Source of the DNA: Eledone cirrhosa
Taxonomy: Eukaryota
Reading direction: 5' to 3'
DNA: 64,000 bases
Assembly (NCBI GenBank): GCA_964016885.1
Contig: OZ024741.1
Location: 155,000,001-155,064,000, forward strand
Part shown: in pieces, positions 13,075 to 26,870 of the stretch
How positions within the stretch are numbered: position 1 is the first letter of the stretch
Layout of the letters: every line of letters starts with the position of its first letter
Notes under the pieces: generated by a model
Seen by the model: the letters and a program-made list of their open reading frames with translations, nothing else
Told to the model about the DNA's origin: nothing
Databases searched by the model: none
Position numbers and translations under genes: made by a program

Positions 13075-13720
13075 CCAGTGTCCATGCATTGCAGACATGT
13101 GAGCCCATATCAAACAACTGTTATCACATGTAGGCCAGATCTGCCTGTCAGACATGCTTATAGTGAAGATTAATCCTTTAGCATTTACATTACTCTATAT
13201 TATATTTTCACAGTAAAGGCTTTACCTCACATAATTATCTCACATAATATAAAATCTATGAGTTTTTGATATTTATTTTCAGAAAAATACCTTAGCATCA
13301 GTATGAGTGGCCAGTTACAGCTGGATAGAACAGAAAGAAGTGAGAGAATTCTTGTTAGATATGGCTGGTTTAAATGCTAAAGGATTAAACCCCCGTCTTC
13401 TCTGGGAAGGCATGTCTTCCTATGCCTGGTAGAGTTATGGCAAAGGAAGCTGTTATCTCATTTAAAAGGATTGAAGACAGCAATCTTCTTCTCTGGCCAA
13501 GCCCTCATCAACTGCTTCAAGTTCTACTTTAAGAGGAAGGTGAAGATAAAGATAGGTGAGAGTGGTGAGGCTGAATGGGCCTACTCTAACTATGCAGTTA
13601 TTAGTAGGTGGGAAGAAACCAGGAGAGGGCCCTTTTAATGGCTGTAAGGTGGCAGAATAATCTCAGATTTTTTTCTGGAGTTTTCCCAGGAATTACCCTA
13701 AAGAGCAGTCATCCCCAATT
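13075..13720 (+). mobile_element. Old Tx1-like LINE 3' remnant split by a MITE
   Basis: Aligns to 51225-51720 (QLLSHVGQI..VKINPPSSL..LKGLKT..FFSGQALIN). Confidence 0.7.
13174..13384. mobile_element. piggyBac-type MITE
   Basis: Perfect 14 bp TIR tcctttagcattta / taaatgctaaagga; TTAA at 13170-13173 and 13385-13388; removing it restores the Tx1 reading frame. Confidence 0.8.
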
Positions 13721-13799
13721 ATGGAACTAGTACTAGTTTACATTTGCTATTGTGTTCTATTGTTATCATTAATATTTGAAAACAATTCTATTATTGTTA

Positions 13800-14881
13800 T
13801 CTATATTACTAAAATAGAGAATGTCCGTTTGTCTGTCCAATCACTAAAACTCGAGAACCACCCAACCGAGTTTTTTCAAACCTTACACATGTAATACTTA
13901 TGGTACCGTGAGTGTTTTGAGCAAAAGAAATTTCAAATTTTCAATGCCCTAGGGACATCATTAGGCGATTTAGCGATCTCTCTCTATAATTCTTAGTCTT
14001 TCTCTTTTTAGATAGATACATAGATATAACGTTGCGCCCTTATAATATCTGTCTGTATGCCTGGCTGTCTGCATTATGTCATTATGACACGGTGTGTGTG
14101 TGTGTGTGTGTATAGTGTGTATATATATATATATATATATACCCTATCCTCCCACTCCCACCAACAGCACGAGATAATGAGATCGAGATCGTGTAGGTGT
14201 CACAACAAAAAACACACACAGTCCACGCTGTAATGTGGCTATGTCGGTAACATGGTAAAATTCCCAGTTCCACACTGTAAATGTGGTTGGTGTTAGGAAG
14301 GGCATCAAGCTGTAGAAAACCTGCCAGATAGTCCTATATGAGCGAGACACGGTCACCCGACCAACCTTGCCTCAAGTGGGACAACTCCCGTCTAACCCAT
14401 GCTAGCGTCGAAAATGGACGTTAAACGAAAATGATGATGATGATGATGATGATAGTGTGTAATGTTTTTCGAAATATTTACTTATAATAATATTTATTAT
14501 TTTAATAATATTTATTATTTTAGTTTCAGAAGATCCCGTTAAGGGTGAAAGCAGCGATTCTTTGCTTAAACTTTAATCTGATATTTTAATATATATTCAT
14601 TTTTTTTCATTTCATTTCATTTTACGTCCGCTTTTTCCCTGCTTGCAAGGGTGGGACGGGAACTGATTCTGGCTTGATTTCTACAGCTGGATGCCCTTCC
14701 TAACACCAACCTCATTTACAGTGAGTGCTGGGTGCTTTTTTGCCGTGGCACCTTCACGACCACTTTGCAGTGGAATGATAGGGACCCCAGTCCCTATCAT
14801 CTCATTTCTACAGCTGAGTAAATTGGAGCATATATAAGAACCCTAGAGCAAATCCCGAGCAACGCCGGGCCATTCTGCTAG
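13800..14881 (+). mobile_element. Non-autonomous Helitron with nested SINE/RTE tail fragments
   Basis: A|TCtatattactaaaa 5' end; 3' hairpin cccgagcaacgccggg then CTAG|T. Confidence 0.85.
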
Positions 14882-14954
14882 TACCTACTATTTTCACTTT
14901 TTTGTTTTTTAGTATGACTATTTATGACAGATATTTTTGTTGTTATATCTGCTT

Positions 14955-15480
14955 GTCAACTTTGCCTTTCATCCTTCTGGGGTGATAAAAGATAAAGTAC
15001 CAGTAAAGTAGTGGGGCCAATATAATCGAGTTTCCCTTCCCTACAAATTGTTGGTCTTGCTCCTAAATTAGAAATCCTTATTATTAATATTATTGTTATA
15101 GGTGCAGGCAGGTATAGCTGTGTGATTAATGAGTTTACTTTGCAACACATAATTCTAGGTTCAATCCCACCACATGGTACCTTGTGCAAATGTCTTCTAC
15201 TGCAGCCCTGAGTTAACCAATGCCTTTGTGAGGAGTAAACAAAAACTCCAGAAGCCTGTTGTATAAATATATGTGTTTGGGTGTATCTATGTGTGGTTTT
15301 AAATTTGTGTCTTGCATTTACATCCCATCACTTGGTGATTTGACATAAAAGAGATTGATAAAATAAGTATTAGGGTTGAAAAAGAAGTACTGGAACCAAA
15401 TGTATCAACTAAATCTTTTCAAGGTGGTAACCCAGCTTGGCCACAGTCTAATGATTGAAACCAGTAAAAAAATAAATGAA
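14955..15480. mobile_element. Two degenerate SINEs (Nin-like on minus 14955-15085; CORE-like tRNA SINE on plus 15100-15480)
   Basis: Similarity to the 3105-4175 unit; B-box ggttcaatccc; 3' end shared with 9600-9705 and 25570-25740. Confidence 0.6.
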
Positions 15481-16984
15481 TGCCATTTGTATTTATCTAG
15501 AATTACAAATTCCCCAATGAATTTCCATGTATGGATTGTCATGTAGCCACTAAACAGACTAAAACAGTGCTTAGCCACCTGCAACACATGGAATTCAATC
15601 TCATCAAGCTTTAGGAATTGCATATTATCTTAATTAGAAATATATGATACATTAAATTTTTACGACTGTCTGATATATTTTGATTGAGTGTCTGACAATA
15701 GTGTCAATGTTTAAGACACCTGAAACTAGCCAAGAAATAATTGATGTTTAATGAAATGTCCTTTTGATAAGTGTTAAAATTGAATCAACATTAAGTCAGT
15801 CATTATCACCTTCCTACAATGAAGGATCTTGCTTGAAACCTAAGACTTTCTGTTTCCTTCTTTCATGACAGAATAATTTATTGTAGTTTATCAACATTTT
15901 CTACTTACTGATTCAGATCATCGCTAATTTTCTCAGATTCTACCCATTCGTATTCTTATCTACAACCATTTTGGTAAGATAACTCATGGTGAAGATGTAC
16001 CAGGAGTTCCATCCAAGCAGAAGCTGTGGAAAAGGAAGACCAAGAAAGATCTAGGCAGATTTAGTGAAAGCTGATCTTGGGATGGTAAAAAAGTGGGTGG
16101 AACAGGAAGACCAGGGAAAACTTGAGCAGAGGTAGTGAAAGCAGATCTTGGGATCTTGAAACTTACAAAGGAGATGACAAAGGAAAAAAAAAACAAGTGG
16201 AGAGATGCTGTACTGGAGAGGACTTGTCTTGCCGATGCAAGTATAGAAAAAATGGATGTAAAAACAATGATGATGATAATGAGTCTGCTAACATCTCAGC
16301 TAGCATCTGGTCTTAATTCTCTTAAATTTCTGTTTTTAGAATAGGTACACATAAAATGATGATGGTCATGATGATGACGATTTGTTTAAATTGGATTTAT
16401 CTGTGTTCTAAGATAATTGAATACAGCTATTTTGGACTTAACAGGATGCTGAGGACATAAGAATTGGGGTGTAGAGACCGCATTTTTGGGCCTCTTCCCT
16501 CAAATGCCATCTTCTGTTAGACACCTCTTTACAATTACTTTCAAAGATGTCATGCTCAATATGACATTTTCTTTTCCTCCTCAGTAGATGGTCAGATACC
16601 ATAAACTATCCACAAGGAAACATCAATATTATCATTTTCATGACTTTCTTTCTAATGAAAGACATTGCCTCTAATTTTCAAATAATTTTGAAAATAATCA
16701 AAAATTTGGAAGGATTTAGTAATATAATATTCTCATTATTAAGTTGGTGTTTAGGGCGGTAGATTGGCTGTATCGTTAGAGCATCAGACAACATGCTTTG
16801 GTATGGCCCTTTACGCTCTGAGTTCAAATCCCGCCGAGGTTAGCTTTGCCTTTTATCCTAAAATAAAGCACTGGGTAATTGCTGGCCTTGTGCCAAAAGT
16901 AGAAACAATTGTTAAGTTGTTTTTTTTAATATTACCTAAGAAAGATTCTTATATAAAATTATGATAAAGGATTTTAGATAAATA

Positions 16985-17878
16985 CTAGCAGAATGGCCTG
17001 GCGTTGCTCGGGATTCTAAACATAGATTGGCATGTTTATCCCTTTTTCTGAAACAGTACAGAGAAGTGCGAAATACCTTGGCCTTGCGACAGTTGAATAG
17101 CAGATTTCACTGACGATTCGTTTGCCTGCCTTGTTCTTTTTCTTGCCGCTTTCGCAGTATTTCGGCCAATGGAGTATCTCTTCCTTCGAGGCATGACCTA
17201 AAAGCAGGATGAAGTACACTAAGACTAACTGGTAGAGTAAGGAGTAAACACGTCAGTGATGCCTGTGATTCTATGTAATTGCTGGCCTTGTGCCAAAAGT
17301 AGTGGGACTTTTTGGGTGGCATATGAGTAACAAGGACAAGCTGTCTGTTCTTTCGTGAAATAAATACGTTTGTTTATATTTTGTTTTTGTGTATGAAAAA
17401 ATATCTGTACACAAATATATAATTATATATATATATTAAAATAACAGACTAAAGTTTAAGCAAAGAATCACTGCTTTCACCCTTAACAGGATCTTCTGAA
17501 ACTAAATAAATCAATCTATGAACGCAGAAGTAAATATTTCGAAAAACGTGGCAACCGAAGGAAAACAGGAAGATGATACTTTGGTTCGTGAAGATGTTTT
17601 TATAATGTCATAATGCAGACAGCCAGACATACAGACAGATATTATAAGGGCACGACGTTATAGCTATGTATCTATCTAAAAAGACAGACTAAGAAAGAGA
17701 GAGAGAGATCACTAACCTGCGCCTAATGCGGTCCCTAGGGCATTGAAAATTTGAAATATATTTTGCTCAAAACACTCACAGGACCATAAGTATTACATGT
17801 GTAAAAAAAAAAAAATCGGTTGGGTGGTTCTCGAGTTTTAGGGAGACAGACAGACGTTCTCTGTTTTAGATATATAAA
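16985..17878 (-). mobile_element. Internally deleted Helitron retaining the Rep/Hel N-terminal exon
   Basis: Reverse copy of both 13800-14881 ends; 17194-17077 encodes MPRRKRYSIGRNTAKAARKRTRQANES between AG and GT sites. Confidence 0.8.
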
Positions 17879-18834
17879 TAAATATTTTAAAGCAAGCAGT
17901 TTAAATTGTAGAAACATGGCCTATTTCAAGGCAATCAACTATAAAACGTGTTAAAGATGGCAGGAGAATTCAGCTTGTCATCAGTGCCACACTCTATTTC
18001 TTTTCTTTGGTAAAAGAAATAGTGTTAAATAGTATGAAATCAATTATATTAAAGTTGTGTATTTTATGTAAAACATCAATCATGCTGTAAAAGAGAGAGG
18101 GAGAGAGAACAGTGGTGGTAGTGGCCCCAAAAAATGTTTTTCTTTAATCCAAGACGATTATTATTTGCGTATATATCATTATCATCATTAACATCATCAT
18201 TTAATATCTGATTTTCCTGCTAGCGAGGGTTAGATGGATCTTCACAGACTGAGTCAGTACACAAGTGTGGCTCCTGACCCCTCAGATGGTTTGGGGGCCT
18301 GCATCTTACTTTCATATGATTCTGTGCTCTACTGGGTGCAATTTATTGTGATACCAGCACTAGGGAGGCTGTCATATATTTAACACAACAGGGTCCTCCC
18401 AAACCTTTGTTTGGCAAGTTTCTGTACTGTGTATTAGGTGGGTTTATCATGTAGATAACCAACACTAGAGAAGCTGTCATATTCTTGACAACTAAGGGGT
18501 ACTCTCAACTCTTTTTGGCATGGTTTCTAGAGTGGGTTGCCTTTCCTATCACTTACCACATTACAGGGTATACTGGGTGCATTTTCATGGCACTAGAACT
18601 AAAGAGGTTGACAGTTATTGTCCCAATTGAAAAGCCCTTTCCGCTCTAGGTGAGGGGGAAGAAAGAGAAGAAATATGTGTATGATTTTATGCATTTATGG
18701 CTGATCACATAGTGGATGGGTAGTCAAAGGGGTCAGGATTTTTGAGAGGGATGTAATGATGGTGAGAATAACTAAGGTATGGTAGTGGGACAGTGCACAG
18801 GGATGGAAAGAGTAGCTACACTCTACACACTTGT

Positions 18835-20020
18835 GCATCCATAGAGTGCACTAAATGCACCTCATGGAATTTCTGCCCACCCCTTTCTGACATACTGAAT
18901 AAGGCCACTTTCCTGATAGTGTCATCCTTCTGATTGCTTTCCTACTTATTAAGATTTCTGTCTTTGTTAAGTTTACCTTTAGGCCTTTCAACTCTATGTT
19001 TTTCTTCCAAGCTTGAAATTTTGCTTCAAACTCACCTGTGTATTCAGATTTGAAGACTAGGTCATCAGCAAATAGGAGTTCCCATGGTGCACCAAATTTA
19101 AACTCCTCAACTTAAGTAGATTGAGGAATGTGCCATGGTGGACCCCAACCTGCACTTCCAATTCATCCCTGTATTCATTACTAACTCTCATCTTTGTTGG
19201 TTGCACCTTTATGAATGGCTTGCATGTCACTCACAAGCTATATGTTTGCACCTAGTGTCCATCAGATTACAGAGCAAGGAACTCTATCAAAGGCCTTCCC
19301 CAGATCTACAAATGCCAGGTTCAGTAGCTTACTCTTTACTAAGTACTTCTCCTAAAGTTGTCTCACTAGAAAGAAGGCATTGATATTACCCGTACTTGAG
19401 ATAAAGCCATTCTGCCCTTAATTAATTGTGCTATAACCCTTTCAGCAACTTTCATGACTTGGTCCATGAACTTGACACCTCTATAGTTATTTCTTTTTAA
19501 TGCATCTCCTTTGTTCTTGTAGCAATATACAATGATATTGCTACACCAGTCATTGGGTATGACACCATCCTGCACTACTCATAACAGATGCTTTTAGCAT
19601 CTCAGCCACTATACTGGATGTTCACTACTTCATGTCGTTAATTGGTTTATCTACCACACTGCTATATACTTTTATGGTTGGTCTCTGTTGGGTCTACATG
19701 GGGTATGCCATCAATGTCCCATTTATTCTCTTTGTTCAGCAGTCTCTTGTAGTAAGTCTTCCATGCCTCTTTCTTTTCAGTATTGGACAGGGCTAATACT
19801 CCACTAAATTTTTGGAAACACTTTTCAGCAACCACATCACAATTTTTGTTAACATACTATCTTGCAATCCAAAACACTTCACACCTCTAATCTTTATCTC
19901 ACAGGATATGTCTAAACTCCTTTTCTACCTCTCTCCTTGTCAGGTATATCCACCACCTGGCCTTTCTTCTAGCTATCTGCCATTGCTTTTTGTTTCCCCC
20001 TTTGCTCCAGTCTATCCAGG
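18835..20020 (-). mobile_element. Old degenerate RTE LINE fragment
   Basis: IPNDWCSNIIVYCYKNKGDALKRNNYRGVK; WELLFADDLV. Confidence 0.8.
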
Positions 20021-20877
20021 TTTATATATATAACTTATAAATAAAACATTTAAAATGGCATACTGATGTTTAATATTTGGTGATTGTTTCTAATTTAACC
20101 ATGAAATGTCCCCAGGGTCAGCTAACATATGGTAAATTATAAACTTGTTTTGTTTTGTCATACTTTCTCTCATTTTCACTCTTGTACTTGCATTGTACTG
20201 GCTCCCTTAAAACAAGCCTAACCATATATTTCACAATGTTCTTGAACATACACAAAGATATGTACATATTCTACATACAACTTGCATTATCAAACATTCC
20301 CTTTATCAGCTATTGGCTAGAGATCTCAATGATTTCAGTGCCACCCAAAAGTATTGCACCCTCCAGCAGTGCCAAGCAGCATTGATGTTACCAAGTTTTA
20401 TGGTTCACTCTGTAGCATCATTTTCCTCATTATCCATGTTGCTATCACCAGAGACAAGATGATGTTGTAACCTTTTTTATAATTCAGGTATTATAGTGTT
20501 TACCCCGTGCTGAGGGTTTGCACGCTGCTCGCAACATTGGTCTTTCACTTAAATATATATGTACCATCATCATTACTGTTTAATGTCTATTTTCCATGCT
20601 TGCATGAATTAGACAGGTTGTCACATTCAGAGGTTAGATTAGTCAAGATCATATCTTACTTGTATGCTCCATTTTTGGCTTGGTTTCTAGGGTTGGATAC
20701 CCTTTCTAATGTCAACCACTTTACAGCATCCACTAAGAGCATTTTATCAAGATTCTGGCACTACCACTTTGCAATGTGGACTGGGTGTTGTATATTGTGG
20801 TATAAGCACTACTACCTCTAATGAGTCTTTTTTGTGGGACCCACACTACTGCCTTACAGTGCAGACTTGATGATTAT

Positions 20878-23800
20878 ATCATCATCATCATCACCGTTTT
20901 ATATCCGTTCTTCCATGCTAGCATGGGTTAGACGGGTTGTCCTGTTGTGTTGTAGGCAGTGTCCAATTGGCTGACCTTGTCTTGCTCATACAGGAACTGA
21001 TTCTGGTTTGATTTCTACAGCTGGATGGCCTTCCTAACACCAACCTCATTTACAGTGAGTGCTGGGTGCTCTTTTTCCGTGGCGCGTACATGTCCACTTT
21101 ACAGTGTGGGCTGGGTGCTTTTTTGCCGTGCAGCTCCACGACCACTTTGCAGTAGGAGGGGGTGGGGGCATATTTTCTATATACTTCAGCTTCGGCTTGT
21201 TCCCGTGGGAAGTCGAGTCTTCTATATTACTGCGTGATGCCAGAGGTCACGGTCGTGTATTATCGCCCTTGAGAGGAGCAATTGGGTAAGGTCGGCTTTT
21301 ATCACCTCATCCCAGGTTTTCTTGGGTCTCCCCACTCCGCGACTTCCATGGACTTCTAGTGCTCTGCACCTTTTTATGCAGCTGTCATCATTCATATGCA
21401 TCACATGTCCATACCAACGTAATCTCCTCCTGCACACAGCATTTGATTCCTCTTATACTCCGTCTCTCTCTCAGTTTGTTTATGCTTTGCCGTTTGCGTA
21501 TATAACTATTACACATCCATCGGAGCATGCAAGCTTTGTTTCTTTCTAATCTGCACAAGTCTTCTACAGACAGCGTCCAGGTCTCACTACCATGTAACAT
21601 TGCTGTTTGTATACACGCATCATACAGTCTGCCTTTCTTTTTGAGAGAAAGCTTTTTGCAGCTAGCAGTGGCTGTATCTCCCTGAACTTCTTCCATCCCA
21701 TTCTTACCCTGGTTATTGTACTTTCCTAACACCCACTTCCACTGCTAATTCGATCACCTAGGTAGCAGAAGCTGTCTACTGTTTCTACAGAGCCCTCCCA
21801 GAGTTTGGTGGGGCTTGTTTCCTGAGGCCGTTTGCTGCTTCCTGTCCCAGCACAGCTGCTACATATGAAGCCTGCATTCTTAGTTAAGCTTCCTGAGATC
21901 CCACTACATCTCTTGTGTACCCATTGTTTGCATTTGGGGCAGAGGATGGAGTTCCTACCCACACCTTTCCTACATACTGAGCAAGGCTATTTCCTAGTGG
22001 GGATCTGGGTTCTGTTTTCTCGTCTACTTACAAGAACCTTAGTCTTTGTCAGGTTGACTTTGAGACCCTTTCTTTCTAGTCCCTGCTTCCATGTTTGGAA
22101 TTTCTTCTCTAGTTCCACCATAGATTCAGCTATAAGTGCAAGATCATCCGCATATAGGAGTTCCCATGGGCATCCGGTCTTAAACTCCTCTGTTATTGCC
22201 TGCAAAACTATAATGAACAGGAGAGGGCTGTATGCTAAATTCCTCCCTATAGTCATTGCTAACCCTAACTTTGCTGACTGCTCCTCTATACATGGCTTGT
22301 ACAGCTTTCACAAGCCATTCATCTACTTCTAATTTTCTAAGAGCCCACCAGATTATAGCATGGAGGACTCTGTCAAAGGCTTTTTCCAGATTGATGAATG
22401 CCAGGTAGAGCGGCTTACTTTTAGCTAGGTACTTTTCCTGTAACTGCCTCACAAGGAAGAGGGCATCAGTGGTGCTTTTTCCTGGTAGAAACCCAAATTG
22501 CATCTCATTTAGTTTTACCTGGACCCTAATCAACTGTGCTATAACTCTTTCTGTTACTTTCATGACCTGATCCATCAGCTTTATACCTCTATAGTTTCCT
22601 CTATCTAGTGCATCACCTTTACCCTTGTAGCTGCTGATTTGTACTGCTGGCCCCTCTATAGGGTCCACTTGGAGTAGGGTCTCTTTTTCCCATGCATTCT
22701 CCTCATTTTGTAATCTTGCATAATGGCTCTTCCACGCAGCTTTCTTCTCGGCACTTGTGAGGGCAAGCTCACCTTTATCATTCTGGATACACTTCTCTCC
22801 AATGACATTACAATTCTCTCTGACACACTGCCTCACAATCTTGAACACCTCATGTTTCTGGTCCTCAGGTTGCAAAATATGCTTGAATTTTCTATCCTCT
22901 GCTTCTCTTCTAGCTAAGTCTACTTGTCGCCTAGCTTCTCTCCTGGTCTCTATGTAATGTACCCTGCTTCCCCCATTCTTCCATTCTTTCCATGCCTGTC
23001 GCTTAGCCCTTAACTGCCTCATCTACCTTATTGTTCCACCACCAAGTCACTCTCTTCCTCCCTGTGGACTTGCTCCAACCACAGATCTTGTCCGTCGCCT
23101 TTAGTAAATTATTTTTAGGACTCCCAGTGCTCTTCTACATTGAATGTCTCTATCTGTTCTTCATTACTGTCATAGGCGTCGAGTAGAATATCTTTAAATC
23201 TGTTACTGGCTGAGGGGTCTTTCAGCTTCCAGATCTTTCTTCTCCAGGTTGCCTTCTGTTTCCAAGTTTGTCTAGTTTTGACAGTGAGATCACTGACAAC
23301 TAAGTTATGTTGGGAGGTACATTCCTCACCAGGGAAGGCTTTTGTGTTTACAACCATCCATCTATCATGCCCTCTGATGAGGATAAAATCTATCTGACTA
23401 GATTGCTCCCCTGATCTATAGGTGATCAGATGGTTGTCAGGTTTTTTAAAGTTTGTGTTACATATCGACATGTCATTGGCGCCGCAGAATTCCAGAAGCC
23501 TGAAGCCTTCTTCATTTCTTGTGCCAAACCCGTGGCCTCCATGGACTCTATAGAAGCCGTTACGGTGTTTACCAACGTGTTCGTTAAAATCTCCTGCAAT
23601 GATTAGGAAGTCATTGTCGTTTGTTAGGGCAGTGGTGTGCATTAGGGACTCATAAAACCTATCCTTAAGTTCGTCTGGCAACCCCGATTATGGTGCGTAA
23701 GCTGATATTATTGTGGCAATTGTTTTATTCAGGACTAGTTTAATGATTCTTGCATTCAGCCTGTTCACTGAGATTACCTTTTCAACCCATTTGTCAGGCT

Positions 23801-24110
23801 AATAGTATACCTACACCGCCCATCCCGTTGTCATTTCCCACCCAGAAAAATTTGTAACATTGACTTTTGCCTATGAGGAATCTAGCGGACTCTCCTCTCC
23901 ATCTAGTCTCTTGCACACAGCATACATCAATTTCCTTTCGCTCTAGCATCTCTACAATTTCTCCTGCTCTTCTTTTCATTGTGCTTACATTGATGGTTCC
24001 AACTCGGGTTTCGGACATTTGCCATCACTCGTATGATGGGGTGAATTTTTGCAGAAGGGTGTGTATGTTTCCTGTCTCTGGATTAAAGCTTTGCATGGGT
24101 GTTTGGTAGC
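20878..24110 (-). mobile_element. Near full-length degenerate RTE LINE
   Basis: RVGTINV, CVQETRW, IAGDFN, SQIDFIL, DLEKAFD-like motif, LLYADD, RRLRWYGH, 3' UTR and (GAT)n tail. Confidence 0.93.
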
Positions 24111-25284
24111 TCGTGGATTTATATTCATTTATTAATTCAGGGTTTTTCCATTTATCCTCAGCTCATTCATAGATATCAGTAAAAGAATTATTATTTAGTG
24201 CAGGGCTAGAAGGACAGTAGTAGTAATGGCAGAGTTTGTTGGGGCAGGTAAGGGCTAGGAGTGCAGTAGGTAGTAGTAGTAGTAATGGCAGTGTTTGTTG
24301 GGGCTGATAATGGGTTGAGGTTTGATTGGTCGAATAGCTTATGGTGGCGAGTGGGGGCAGGTGGGAGGGAAATTGTGAGATTGGCAGCCAGCACGCGTAT
24401 ATCATCATAGGAGATTTAGGCAGCTTGAGGGAAATAAGCTGGTGCAAGTAGGCATATTGGACAAGGCAAATATGCCTAACCTAGCTTCATAAACATCGAA
24501 ATGAATGTATGAGAGTAGAGAGAGGTGATGACAGGGGTTAGGGATGACTTTCGTAGAGAGAAACATAATGACCAGCGTGGTGTAATTCGAAAAACAATGT
24601 CGAAGTATACAAGTTGTGGCACAGCCAATGATAATAACAACAATAAAAATAAACGATGTGAACAGGACATTTTGAAATTGAGGAAGGCAGATACCTGCAA
24701 GAGAGGAGAAATAATATCTATGAATGACTGGGATAGGTTGAAAATATTTAGGAATCCATGTAGCCTTTGAGAAATCAGAAATCTGTCTGTCTAGCTTCGT
24801 ACCACCGGAATGAATGAGAGAGAGAGAGAGAACGGGATGTGATGGATTAAGGGAAAAGCATAATGACCAGCGTGGTGTAATTTGAAAATAGATATATATT
24901 AATTTAGCTTTCACTCCTTTATTTCTCACTTGCATTCTACTGACTTTCACAAAATACTCATATCACCAACATTGGAGTTTTCTCAATATTTTTGTTTTAC
25001 TTGATCTCAGAACCACCATCTCCAATCCTTCCTGCAATTTTTCATATATAAGCATCTTCGTCAGTGAACCAATTAATCTAAAACTAATTAACCAACATTA
25101 TATTTCTGGTTTTCCCCTCACTTCAGATGTTGACATTTCATTGCAGTAATATTTGACATCAACTTATCATCGTTGTCTATGACAAAATTAGTTCAAAAAG
25201 TATTTCTAAAGAAAATATCATTTCGCAGCTAGTAATAAGTTCTAGTGTAAAGTCAGTCAATCATGAAACAAAAATGTTTTATGC

Positions 25285-25510
25285 TTAGTTTAATAAAATA
25301 ATTGTTTCTACTTTTGGCACAGGGCCAGCAATTATCCCAGTGCATTACTGGTACTTTATTTTATTGACCCTGCAAGGATGAAAGGCAAAGTTAACCTCAG
25401 CAGGATTTGACTTTCATCCTTATGGGGTCTATAAAATAAAGTACCACTAATACACTGGGATAACTGCTGGCCTTGTGCCAAAAGTAGAAACAATTATTTT
25501 ATTAAACTAA
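25285..25510. repeat. Fold-back of two head-to-head SINE halves
   Basis: 25285-25384 is near reverse complement of 25411-25510. Confidence 0.85.
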
Positions 25511-25772
25511 TAAAATTAGTTTAATATAATAATGAGATTTGACAAAGAGCATTCAGATTCTTGTATTCTTTTCTTTTTTTTTTTTTTTTACTGGTTTCAA
25601 TTATTAGACTGTGGCCATGCTGGGGCACCAGCTAGATAGGATTTAGTTGATTATATCAACCCCAGTACTTTTTTTCAAGATATCCATTTATTTCATTGAT
25701 CTCTTTTTTTATTGCAGCACTAAGCTACAAGTCATAAACACAGTCAGGAAAACATGAACACATGAACACATG

Positions 25773-25839
<67 letters not shown>

Positions 25840-26059
25840 CATTATCATCATAATTTTTACATCTGTTTTTCTATGCTTGCATGGGTTGGTAAGGCCTTTT
25901 CCAGCACAGCTTCCCTCCATTTGTTGTATTCTCTTGTCATTTCCTCTGGGTGGTTCAGCATTTTGAGATTTCACACCATCTCTGCTGAGGTTATCATTGG
26001 TTTTCATCTACTGCAAATACCTTCATCAACTTCAGCTACCATATACACACATACATGCA

Positions 26060-26870
26060 TACACACACACATACATACATAAATAATGTAGGCCACAAAT
26101 ACCATCAGATGCTTAACTGCAACACAGTGAAAATCAACTATTCTTGCACCAAAAACATAAAATCCTGCATCAAAAATAAACACAAAAACCTCTAAAGCCC
26201 AGATGCTCTTGGAGAAAGCCAGAAATATTCCTGCTTGACCAACAATGTATAAGTGACTTCCACCAAATAGAAACCTGGGCATGCATACATGTGTTGAAAA
26301 GCTGCTTCAAAAGTTGTTTCCTTAACAACAAATTGACCCTTGGGTACCTAGATAAGAGGTTTATCATGAAGTTCACAAGCCCCATTTGGAATCTCGAGGA
26401 GAATGGCACAGATTTCTCCATAAAATGGTGGATCCTAGAAAAATTCAGACCGTATATTAACCAATGGAAGAAGTTCCTTTTATGCACAGACAAAAAATTG
26501 AGTATTCTTAGGAATCTTTTTTCTAACAAAATTCTTTTTGAAGAGATGGATGGGGCCAAACTGACGTTTTTCCTTCTATGTTAATTGTCTGTTCTATGAA
26601 CATAAACTAACCCTCTCCAACACATAACTTTCAGACTTACTAATTACCTTCTCTTAGCTTTAGAACTCTTATATGTAAGGAAATTTTCCACGAGTTAATC
26701 CATCATAACATGGCGAATTGAAAAGTTGGTATTATCTAAAGCACTAACAAAACACATTCGCATTATGCAATTGTTATAGTAATCTAATTGAATTGTATAT
26801 CACAACTCGTCCCACAGACTGAGAGCTCTGACCCTTTGCATATTTGTTAGCAAGTTTTTACAACAATATA
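26060..26870 (+). mobile_element. Penelope-like element remnant (GIY-YIG C-terminus and decayed hammerhead)
   Basis: IWNLEENGTDFSIKWWILEKFRPY..LCTDKKLSI resembles the PLE endonuclease; GCGAA-UUGAAAA-GUUGGU..ACUAAC-AAAA-caca-UUCGC at 26713-26761. Confidence 0.65.

Noticed and set aside
20150-20550. Unique-looking sequence between two RTE copies
   Set aside because: Only short ORFs with no recognisable motif; cannot support an exon call.
24200-24890. Short internal duplications (also 33790-33915)
   Set aside because: Probably unclassified repeat elements; no termini or coding signal could be defined.
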